A stretch of 64,000 nucleotides of DNA, from contig OX597833.1 in the NCBI GenBank assembly GCA_951406725.2, positions 72,416,001 to 72,480,000 on the forward strand, written 5' to 3'. The stretch comes from Octopus vulgaris. Taxonomy: Eukaryota. The position numbers and the translations under genes are program-made. The notes below the pieces were generated by a model. It did no database searches and had not been told where the DNA came from. It worked only from the letters and a program-made list of their open reading frames with translations. Below are positions 18,371-35,043 of the stretch, one piece after another; position 1 is the stretch's first letter; each line of letters begins with the position of its first letter.

Positions 18371-21300
18371 TACATGTATATATATATACATACATGTATG
18401 TATACATACATACATGTATGTATATATGTATACATACATACATGTATGTATATATATATACATACATGTATGTATGTATATATATATACACATACATGTA
18501 TGTATGTATATATATATACATACATGTATGTATGTATATATATATACATACATGTATGTATGTATATATATATACATACATGTATGTATGTATATATATA
18601 TACATACATGTATGTATGTATATATACATACATACATGTATGTATGTATATATACATACATGTATGTATGTATATATACATACATACATGTATGTATGTA
18701 TATATACATACATACATATATGTATATATACATACATACATATATGTATATATACATACATACATATATGCATATATACATACATACATATACATACATA
18801 CATATATATACATACATACATATATATACATACATACATATATATACATACATACATATATATACATACATACATATATATACATACATACATATATATA
18901 TACATACATACATATATATATACATACATACATACATACATGTATGTATGTATATATACATATATATACATACATACATGTATGTATATATATATACATA
19001 CATACATGTATGTATATATATATACATACATGTATGTATGTATATATATATACATACATGTATGTATGTATACATAATTGTATGTATGTATACATGTATG
19101 TATGTATACATACATGTATGTATGTATGTATATACATGTTTGTATGTATATATATACATACATGTATGTATGTATATATACATACATGTATGTACGTATA
19201 TATATACATACATGTATGTATGTATATATATACATACATGTATGTATGTATATATATACATACATGTATGTACGTATACATATACATACATGTATGTATA
19301 TACATACATACATACATACATACATGTATGTATACATACATACATGTATACATACATACAATTATGTATGTATACATACATGTATGTATGTATACATACA
19401 TGTATGTATATATATATACATACATGTATGTATATATATATACACATACATGTATGTATATATATATACATACATGTATGTATATATATATACATACATG
19501 TATGTATATATATACATACATACATACATGTATGTATGTATATATATACATACATGTATGTATGTATATATATATACATACATGTATGTATGTATATATA
19601 TATACATGTATGTATGTATATATATACATACATGTATGTATGTATATATATACATACATGTATGTATGTATATATATACATACATGTATGTATGTATATA
19701 TATACATACATGTATGTATGTATATATATACATACATGTATGTATGTATATATATACATACATGTATGTATGTATGTATATATATACATACATGTATGTA
19801 TATATATATACATACATGTATGTATATATATATACATACATGTATGTATATATATATATACATACATGTATGTATATATATATACATACATGTATGTATA
19901 TATATACATACATACATGTATGTATATATATATATATATATGTATGTATATATATATACATGTATGTATATATACATACATGTATGTATACATACATACA
20001 TGTATGTATACATACATACATGTATGTATATATATATACATACAAGTATGTATATATATATACATACATGTATGTATGTATACATACATGTATGTATGTA
20101 TACATACATACATACATATATGTATACATACATGTATGTATGTATACATACAAACATACATACATGTATGTATATGTACATACATACACGTATGTATATG
20201 TACATACATACATGTATGTATATATACATACATGTATGTATACATACATACATGTATGTGTGTATACATACATACATGTATGTATGTATACATACATAAA
20301 TACATACATGTATGTATGTATACATACATGTATGTATGTATACATACATGTATGTATGTATACATACATACATGTATGTATGTATGTATACATACATGTA
20401 TGTATGTATGTATACATACATACATGTATGTATGTATACATACATACATGTATGTATGTATACATACATACATGTATGTATGTATGTATGTATACATACA
20501 TGTATGTATGTATACATACATGTATGTATGTATATATACACACATGTATGTATGTATATATACATACATGTATGTTTGTATACATACATGTATGTATGTA
20601 TATATACATACATGTATGTATGTATATATACATACATGTATGTATGTATATATACATACATGTATGTATGTATATATACATACATGTATGTATGTATATA
20701 TACATACATGTATGTATATATACATACATATTTGTATGTATACATACATACATGTGTGTATATATACATACATACATGTATGTATGTATGTATACATACA
20801 TACATGTATGAATGTATACATACATACATACATGTATGTATGTATGTATACATACATGTATGTATGTATGTATATATACATGTATGTATGTATGTATACA
20901 TACATGTATGTATATATATATACATACATGTATGTATATATATACATGTATGTATATATATACATACATACATACATGCATGTATGTATATATATATATA
21001 CATACATCTATGTATGTATATATACATACGTGTATGTATATATACATACATACATATATGTATATATACATACATACATATATGTATGTATATATACATA
21101 CATACATGTATGTATATATACATACATACATGTATATATACATACATACATGTATGTATGTATATATACATACATATATACATGTATGTATATATACATG
21201 TATGTATATATATATATACATGTATTTATATATATATACATGTATGTATATATATATACATACATGTATGTATGTATATATATATACATACATGTATGTA

Positions 21301-22859
21301 TGTATATATATATATATATACATACATGTATGTATGTATATATATATATACATACATGTATGTATGTATATATACATACATGTATATATATATATATACA
21401 TACATGTATATATATATATACATACATGTATATATATATACATACATGTATGTATGTATATATATATACATACATACATACATGTATGTATGTATATATA
21501 TATACATACATACATGTATGTATATATATACATACATGTATGTATATACATATATATATATACATACATGTATGTATGTATATATACATACATACGTGTA
21601 TGTATGTATATATACATACGTACATACGTGTATGTATGTATATATACATACGTACATACGTGTATGTATGTATATATACATACGTACATACATGTATGTA
21701 TGTATATACATACATACATACATGTATGTATGTATATACATACATACATACATGTATGTATGTATATATACATACATACATGTATGTATATATACATACA
21801 TACATGTATGTATATATACATACATACATGTATGTATATATACATACATACATGTATGTATATATACATACATGTATGTATATATACATACATGTATGTA
21901 TATATACATACATACATGTATGTATATATACATACATACATGTATGTATATATACATACATGTATGTATGTATATATACATACATGTATGTATGTATATA
22001 TATACATACATGTATGTATACATACATGTATGTATACATACATGTATATATACATACATGTATGTATGTATACATACATGTATGTATACATACATGTATG
22101 TATGTATGTATGTATGTATATACATGTTTGTATGTATATATATACATACATGTATGTATGTATATATACGTACATGTATGTATGTATATATACATACATG
22201 TATGTATGTATATATACATACATGTATGTATGTATATATATACATACATGTATGTATGTATACATATACATACATGTATGTATATATATACATACATGTA
22301 TGTATACATACATGTATGTATACATACATAATTGTATGTATGTATACATGTATGTATACATACATACATGTATACATACATACAATTATGTATGTATACA
22401 TACATGTATGTATGTATACATACATGTATGTATATATATATACATACATGTATGTATATATATATACACATACATGTATGTATGTATATATATACATACA
22501 TGTATGTATGTATGTATATATATACATACATGTATGTATATATATATACATACATGTATGTATATATATATACATACATGTATGTCTATATATATATACA
22601 TACATGTATGTATATATATATATACATACATGTATGTATATATATACATACATGTATGTATATATATATACATACATGTATGTATATATATATATATGTA
22701 TGTATATATATATACATGTATGTATATATACATACATGTATGTATACATACATACATGTATGTATACATACATACATACATGTATGTATATATATATACA
22801 TACATGTATGTATGTATATATATATACATACATGTATGTATGTATATATACATACATAC

Positions 22860-22890
<31 letters not shown>

Positions 22891-23342
22891 TACATGTATG
22901 TATATATATATACATGTATATATATATACATACATGTATGTATACATACATACATGTATGTATATATATATACATACATGTATGTATGTATATATATATA
23001 CATACATGTATGTATGTATATATATATACATACATGTATGTATGTATATATATATACATACATGTATGTATGTATATATATATACATACATGTATGTATG
23101 TATATATACATACATACATGTATGTATGTATATATACATACATACATGTATGTATATATACATACATACATGTATGTATGTATATATACATACATACATG
23201 TATGTATGTATATATACATACATACATGTATGTATGTATATATACATACATACATATATGTATATATACATACATACATATATGTATATATACATACATA
23301 CATATATGCATATATACATACATACATATACATACATACATA

Positions 23343-23374
<32 letters not shown>

Positions 23375-26300
23375 CATATATATACATACATACATATATA
23401 TACATACATACATATATATACATACATACATATATATATACATACATACATACATATATATACATACATACATATATATATACATACATACATACATACA
23501 TGTATGTATGTATATATACATATATATACATACATACATGTATGTATATATATATACATACATACATGTATGTATATATATATACATACATGTATGTATG
23601 TATATATATACATACATGTATGTATGTATACATAATTGTATGTATGTATACATGTATGTATGTATACATAATTGTATGTATGTATACATGTATGTATGTA
23701 TACATACATGTATGTATGTATGTATATACATGTTTGTATGTATATATATACATACATGTATGTATGTATATATACATACATGTATGTATGTATATATATA
23801 CATACATGTATGTATGTATATATATACATACATGTATGTATGTATATATATACATACATGTATGTATGTATACATATACATACATGTATGTATATACATA
23901 CATACATGTATACATACATACAATTATGTATGTATACATACATGTATGTATGTATACATACATGTATGTATATATATATACATACATGTATGTATATATA
24001 TATACACATACATGTATGTATATATATATACATACATGTATGTATATATATATACATACATGTATGTATATATATATACATACATACATACATGTATGTA
24101 TGTATATATATATACATACATGTATGTATGTATATATATATACATACATGTATGTATGTATATATATACATACATGTATGTATGTATATATATACATACA
24201 TGTATGTATGTATATATATACATACATGTATGTATGTATATATATATACATACATGTATGTATGTATATATATACATACATGTATGTATGTATATATATA
24301 CATACATGTATGTATATATATACATACATGTATGTATATATATATACATACATGTATGTATATATATATATACATACATGTATGTATATATATATATACA
24401 TACATGTATGTATATATATATACATACATGTATGTATATATATATATATGTATGTATATATATATACATGTATGTATATATACATACATGTATGTATACA
24501 TACATACATGTATGTATACATACATACATGTATGTATATATATATACATACAAGTATGTATATATATATACATACATGTATGTATGTATACATACATGTA
24601 TGTATGTATACATACATACATGTATGTATGTATACATACATACATACATATATGTATACATACATGTATGTATGTATACATACAAACATACATACATGTA
24701 TGTATATGTACATACATACACGTATGTATATGTACATACATACATGTATGTATATATACATACATGTATGTATACATACATACATGTATGTGTGTATACA
24801 TACATACATGTATGTATGTATACATACATAAATACATACATGTATGTATGTATACATACATGTATGTATGTATACATACATACATGTATGTATGTATGTA
24901 TACATACATGTATGTATGTATGTATGTATACATACATACATGTATGTATGTATACATACATACATGTATGTATGTATACATACATACATGTATGTATGTA
25001 TGTATGTATACATACATGTATGTATGTATACATACATACATACATGTATGTATGTATATATACACACATGTATGTATGTATATATACATACATGTATGTT
25101 TGTATGTTTGTATACATACATGTATGTATGTATATATACATACATGTATGTATGTATATATACATACATGTATGTATGTATATATACATACATGTATGTA
25201 TGTATATATACATACATGTATGTATGTATATATACATACATGTATGTATATATACATACATATTTGTATGTATACATACATACATGTGTGTATATATACA
25301 TACATACATGTATGTATGTATGTATACATACATACATGTATGAATGTATACATACATACATACATGTATGTATGTATGTATACATACATACATGTATGTA
25401 TGTATGTATACATACATGTATGTATGTATGTATATATACATGTATGTATGTATGTATACATACATGTATGTATATATATATACATACATGTATGTATATA
25501 TATACATGTATGTATATATATACATACATACATACATACATGTATGTATATATATATACATACATACATCTATGTATGTATATATACATACGTGTATGTA
25601 TATATACATACATACATATATGTATATATACATACATACATATATGTATGTATATATACATACATACATGTATGTATATATACATACATACATGTATATA
25701 TACATACATACATGTATGTATGTATAATACATACATTTATATATATACATACATATATACATGTATGTATATATACATGTATGTATATATACATGTATGT
25801 ATATATATATATACATGTATGTATATATATATACATACATGTATGTATGTATATATATATACATACATGTATGTATGTATATATATATATATACATACAT
25901 GTATGTATGTATATATATATACATACATGTATGTATGTATATATATATATACATACATGTATGTATATATATACATACATGTATATATATATATATATAC
26001 ATACATGTATATATATATATATACATACATGTATATATATATACATACATGTATGTATGTATATATATATATACATACATACATACATGTATGTATGTAT
26101 ATATATATACATACATACATGTATGTATATATATATACATACATGTATGTATATACATATATATATACATACATGTATGTATGTATATACATACATACGT
26201 GTATGTATGTATATATACATACGTACATACGTGTATGTATGTATATATACATACGTACATACGTGTATGTATGTATATATACATACGTACATACATGTAT

Positions 26301-29300
26301 GTATGTATATATACATACATACATGTATGTATGTATATATACATACATACATGTATGTATGTATATATACATACATACATACATGTATGTATGTATATAT
26401 ACATACATACATGTATGTATATATACATACATACATGTATGTATATATACATACATACATGTATGTATATATACATACATACATGTATGTATATATATAT
26501 ACATGTATGTATATATACATACATGTATGTATATATACATACATACATGTATGTATATATACATACATATGTATGTATGTATATATACATGTATGTATGT
26601 ATATATACATACATACATGTATGTATGTATATATACATATATGTATGTATGTATATATACATACATGTATGTATATATACATACATGTATGTATATATAT
26701 ATACATACATGTATGTATGTATTTATATATGTATGTATGTATACATACATACATACATGTATGTATGTATATATACATACATGTATGTATGTATATATAC
26801 ATACATGTATGTATTGTATACATACATGTATGTATGTATATATACATACATGTATGTATGTATATATACATACATGTATGTATGTATATATACATACATG
26901 TATGTATGTATATATACATACATGTATGTATGTATATATACATACATGTATGTATATATACATACATACATGTATGTATATATACATACATGTGTGTATA
27001 TATACATACATACATGTATGTATGTATATATACATACATACATGTATGTATTTATACATACATACATACATGTATGTATGTATGTATACATACATGTATG
27101 TATGTATGTATACATACATGTATGTATGTATGTATGTATACATACATGTATGTATGTATGTATGTATACATACATGTATGTATGTATATATACATACATA
27201 CATGTATGTATATATATATACATACATATGTATGTATATATATATACATACATGTATGTATATATATACATGTATGTATATATATATACATACATACATA
27301 CATGCATGTATGTATATATATATACATACATACATACATGTATGTATTATATATACATACATACATACATACATACATGTATGTATATATATATACATAC
27401 ATGTATGTATATATATATACATACATGTATGTATGTATATATACATACATGTATATATATATACATACATGTATATATATATACATACATGTATATATAT
27501 ATATACATACATGTATATATATATATATACATACATGTATATATATACATACATGTATGTATGTATATATATATACATACATACATACATACATACATGT
27601 ATGTATGTATATATATATACATACATACATGTATGTATATATATATACATACATGTATGTATATATATATATATACATACATGTATGTATGTATATATAC
27701 ATACATACGTGTATGTATGTATATATACATACGTACATACGTGTATGTATGTATATATACATACGTACATACGTGTATGTATGTATATATACATACGTAC
27801 ATACATGTATGTATGTATATATACATACATACATACATACATGTATGTATGTATATATACATACATGTATGTATGTATGTATATATACATACATACATGT
27901 ATGTATATATACATACATACATGTATGTATATATACATACATACATGTATGTATATATACATACATGTATGTATATATACATACATGTATGTATATATAC
28001 ATACATACATGTATGTATATATACATGTATGTATGTATATATACATACATACATGTATGTATGTATATATACATACATACATGTATGTATATATACATAC
28101 ATGTATGTATATATATATACATACATGTATGTATGTATTTAAATATACATACATGTATGTATTTATATATACATACATACATGTATGTATGTATATATAC
28201 ATACATGTATGTATGTATATATATATACATACATGTATGTATATATATATACATACATGTATGTATATATATATACATACATGTATGTATATATATATAC
28301 ATACATGTATGTATATATATATACATACATACATGTATGTATATATATATACATACATGTATGTATGTATATATATATACATACATGTATGTATATATAT
28401 ATACATACATGTATGTATACATACATACATGTATGTATACATACATAATTGTATGTATGTATACATGTATGTATGTATACATACATGTATGTATACATAC
28501 ATGTATGTATGTATACATACATGTATGTATACATACATGTATGTATGTATGTATATATACATGTTTGTATGTATATATATACATGTATGTATGTATATAT
28601 ATATACATACATGTATGTATGTATATATATACATACATGTATGTATGTATATATATACATACATGTATGTATGTATACATATACATACATGTATGTATAT
28701 ATATACATACATACATGTATATACATACATACATACATACATGTATGTATATATACATACATACATATGTATGTATACATACATACATGTATGTATACAT
28801 ACATACATGTATACATACATACAATTATGTATGTATACATACATGTATGTATACATACATGTATGTATACATACATGTATGTATATATACATACATACAT
28901 GTATGTATATATATATACACATACATGTATGTATATATATATACATACATGTATGTATGTATATATACATACATGTATGTATATATATACACATACATAC
29001 ATACATGTATGTATGTATATATATATATACATACATGTATGTATGTATATATATATACATACATGTATGTATGTATATATACATACATGTATGTATGTAT
29101 ATATATACATACATGTATGTATGTATATATATACATACATGTATGTATGTATATATACATACATGTATGTATATATATATATACATACATGTATGTATAT
29201 ATATATACATACATGTATGTATATATATAATACATACATGTATGTATATATATATATATGTATGTATATATATACATACATGTATGTATATATACATACA

Positions 29301-32300
29301 TGTATGTATATATACATACATGTATGTATATATATATACATACATGTATGTATGTATATATATACATACATACATGTATGTATATATATACATACATGTA
29401 TGTATGTATATATATATACATACATGTATGTATGTATATATATATACATACATGTATGTATGTATATATACATACATACATGTATGTATGTATATATATA
29501 TACATACATGTATGTATGTATATATATATACATACATGTATGTATGTATATATATATACATACATGTATGTATGTATATATATATACATACATGTATGTA
29601 TGTATGTATATACATACATACATGTATGTATATATATATACATACATGTATATATATACATACATGTATGTATATATACATACATGTATGTATATGTATA
29701 TATACATACATGTATGTATATATATATACATACATCTATGTATATATATATACATACATGTATGTATGTATATATATACATACATGTATGTATGTATATA
29801 TACATACATGTATGTATATATATATACATACATGTATGTATATATATATACATACATACATGTATGTATATATATATACATACATACATATGTATGTATA
29901 TATATATACATACATACATGTATGTATGTATATATATATACATACATGTATGTATGTATATATACATACATACATATATGTATATATACATACATACATA
30001 TATGTATGTATACATACATACACATACATACATATATATACATACATACATATATATACATACATACATATATATACATATATACATATATATACATACA
30101 TACATATATATATACATACATACATACATACATGTATGTATGTATATATACATACATGTATGTATATATATATACATACATACATGTATGTATATATACA
30201 TACATACATACATACATGTATGTATATATACATACATACATACATACATATGTATATATACATACATACATACATACATGTATGTATATATACATACATA
30301 CATACATGTATGTATATATACATACATACATACATGTATGTATATATATATATACATACATGTATGTATGTATATATACATACATACATGTATGTATGTA
30401 TATATATACATATATACATACATGTATGTATATATATATATACATGTATGTATATATATATACATACATGTATGTATGTATGTATATATATATACATGTA
30501 TGTATATATACATGTATGTATGTATATATATATACATACATGTATGTATATATATATATACATACATACATAATGTATGTATGTATATATACATACATGT
30601 ATATATAATACATGTATGTATATATATATATACATACATGTATGTATGTATATATATATACATACATGTATGTATATATATATACATACATGTATGTATG
30701 TATATATATATACATACATGTATGTATGTATATATATATACATACATGTATGTATGTATATATATATACATACATGTATGTATGTATATATATACATACA
30801 TACATGTATGTATATATATATACATACATGTAAGTATGTATGTATATATATATATACATACATGTATGTATGTATGTATATATATATACATACATACATG
30901 TATGTATGTATATATATATATATACATACATGTATGTATGTATATATATATATACATACATACATGTATGTATATATATATACATACATGTATGTATATA
31001 TACATACATACATGTATGTATATATACATACATACATGTATGTATGTATGTATATATATACATACATGTATGTATATATACATACATACATGTATGTATA
31101 TATACATACATACATGTATGTATATATATATACATGTATGTATATATATATACATACATGTATGTATATATACATACATGTATGTATGTATAATACATGT
31201 ATATATATATACATACATGTATGTATACATACATACATGTATGTATGTATGTATACATACATGTATGTATGTATGTATACATACATGTATGTATGTATGT
31301 ATACATACATGTATGTATGTATGTATACATACATGTATGTATGTATGTATACATACATGTATGTATGTATGTATACATACATGTATGTATGTATGTATAC
31401 ATACATGTATGTATGTATATACATACATGTATGTATGTATGTATACATACATGTATGTATGTATGTATACATACATGTATGTATGTATGTATACATACAT
31501 GTATGTATGTATGTATACATACATGTATGTATGTATGTATACATACATACATGTATGTATACATATACATACATGTATGTATGTATGTATACATACATGT
31601 ATGTATGTATGTATGCATACATGTATGTATGTATGTATACATGTATGTATGTATGTATGTATACATACATGTATGTATGTATGTATGTATACATACATGT
31701 ATGTATGTATGTATACATACATGTATGTATGTATGTATACATACATGTATGTATGTATGTATACATACATGTATGTATGTATGTATACATACATGTATGT
31801 ATGTATACATACATGTATGTATGTATATATACATGTATGTATGTATATACATGTATGTATGTATGTATGTATACATACATGTATGTATGTATATACATAC
31901 ATGTATGTATGTATGTATGTATATACATGTACGTATGTATGTATGTATACATACATGTATGTATGTATATATACATGTATGTATGTATACATGTATGTAT
32001 GTATATACATACATACATGTATGTATATATATATATACATACATGTATGTATATATATATACATACATGTATGTATGTATATACATATACATACATGTAT
32101 GTATATATATATATATATATACATACATGTATGTATATATATATACATACATGTATATATATATATACATGTATGTATATATATACATACATGTATGTAT
32201 ATATATATACATACATGTATGTATATATATATAAATACATGTATGTATATATATATACATACATGTATGTATATATATATACATACATGTATGTATGTAT

Positions 32301-33434
32301 ACATACATACATGTATATCATACATGTATATACATACATACATGTATGTATACATACATACATACATGTATGTATACAACATACATACATATATGTATGT
32401 ATACATACATACATATATGTATGTATACATACATACATATATGTATGTATACATACATACATACATGTATGTATACATACATACATGTATGTATACATAC
32501 ATACATACATACATGTATGTATATATACATACATGTATGTATATGTATACATACATACATGTATGTATATATATACATACATACATGTATGTATATATAT
32601 ACATACAAACATGTATATACATACAAGCATGTATATACATACAAACATGTATATACATACATACATGTATGTATATATACATACATACATGTATATACAT
32701 ACATACATGTATGTATATATACATACATACATGTATATACATACATACATGTATGTATATATATATACATACATAAATGTATGTATGTATATATACATAC
32801 ATACATGTATATACATACATGTATGTATATATATACATACATACATGTATGTATATATATACATACATACATTTATGTATATATATACATACATACATTT
32901 ATGTATATATATACATACATAAATGTATGTATATATATACATACATAAATGTATGTATATATATATACATACATATAATTATGTATATATATATACATGT
33001 ATGTATATATATATACATACATATAAATATGTATATATATATACATGTATGTATATATATATATACATACATATAAATATGTATATATATATACATGTAT
33101 GTATATATATATACATACATATAAATATGTATATATATATACATATATGTATATATATATACATACATATAAATATGTATATATATATACATGTATGTAT
33201 ATATATACATACATACATATATATATGTATATATATATACATGTATGTATATATATATATATGTATACATGTATGTATATATATATGTACATAAATATAT
33301 GTATATATATATACATGTATGTATATATATATATGTACATATATATATGTATATATATATATATGTATATGTATGTATATATATATATATTTATATATGT
33401 ACATATATATATGTACATATATTTATATATGTAC

Positions 33435-33483
<49 letters not shown>

Positions 33484-33525
33484 TATATATATATATATAT
33501 GTATGTATATACGTATATATATAAA
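1723..33525. repeat. ~31.8-kb alternating purine-pyrimidine satellite, (TA)k(CATA)mCATG(TATG)n, locally palindromic, with higher-order structure
   Basis: Directly visible. TACA and TGTA blocks alternate around CATG and TATA dyads, and rare variants recur at ~4.5-5 kb spacing. Confidence 0.97.
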
Positions 33526-33813
33526 TGTAAACAGACAAAAACTATTTTACTAGTTAGCCTTCCTTTGACATTGCTGCACCTCTTATGTGTCCATAGCTTA
33601 CACTTGGTGCACCTTATAGAGTTTCTACCTACACCTTTTTTACAGATCTAGCAGGGCCATCTACCTGAAGTCGTTTATGGAAAAGACATATGGTCTGCTT
33701 GGAATCTTACTTCAAGTTCCTGGAACTCACATCTATAACTTCATAAGTATATTTACATTCTCTAAGATGTTTGGAAAACCTATATGAAATTTAGCTGAAG
33801 ATTACTTGACATT

Positions 33814-33911
33814 ATATTTGCTGTAATATGTGCAGTTTTAAATAAAATGTTTATAGTATGAAACAATTGTACTAAACTACTGATCCATTCTTGTTGCTTA
33901 TATTTTGGTTT
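33814..33911 (+). repeat. Right copy of the ~97-bp direct repeat, within a unique-looking island at 33526-33911
   Basis: Matches 1559-1656 in the same orientation. Confidence 0.9.
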
Positions 33912-34035
33912 CATATATATATATATATATAAAAAAAAAAAAAAAAAAAAAAAAACACACACATACATATATATATACACACATATATACATACATATAT
34001 ATATACATATATATACATACATATATACACATACA

Positions 34036-34131
<96 letters not shown>

Positions 34132-34747
34132 CATATATACATACATACATACATACATATATATACATATACACATACATATATACATACATATATACAT
34201 ACATATATACATACATATATACATATATATACATATATACACATATATATACATATATACATATATATACATATATATACATATATACATATATATACAT
34301 ATATACATATATACATATATATACATATATACATATATACATATATATACATATATACATATATATACATATATATACATATATACACATATATATATAT
34401 ACATATATATATACACATATATATATATACACATATATATACGCATATATATACACATATATATATACACATATATATATACACATATATATATATATAC
34501 ATATATACACATATATATATATATATATACGCATATATATACACACATATATATATACATATATATATATATCACATATATATACACATATATATATATA
34601 TACATACATATATATATATATATACATACATATATATATACACATATATATATATACATACATATATATATACACATATATATATATACACATATATATA
34701 TACACATATATATATACACATATATATATACATATATATATATACAC

Positions 34748-34778
<31 letters not shown>

Positions 34779-34987
34779 CATATATATATACACATATATA
34801 TATACACATATATATACACATATATATATACACATATATATACACACATATATATACATATATATATACACACATATATATACACATATATATATATATA
34901 TATACACATGCATATATATACATACACATATATATATATACATATATATACATACATATATATACATATACATATATATACATATAC

Positions 34988-35020
<33 letters not shown>

Positions 35021-35043
35021 CATACATATATACATATATATAT
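33912..35043. repeat. Polar (TA)n/(TACA)n/(TATACA)n microsatellite with a poly(A) run at 33931-33955
   Basis: Directly visible; the + strand has almost no G. Confidence 0.95.

Noticed and set aside
1723-33525. CRISPR-like or information-encoding repeat-spacer array
   Set aside because: There are no unique spacers and no cas genes, and the context is eukaryotic. The variation is unit copy number, explained by slippage and block duplication.
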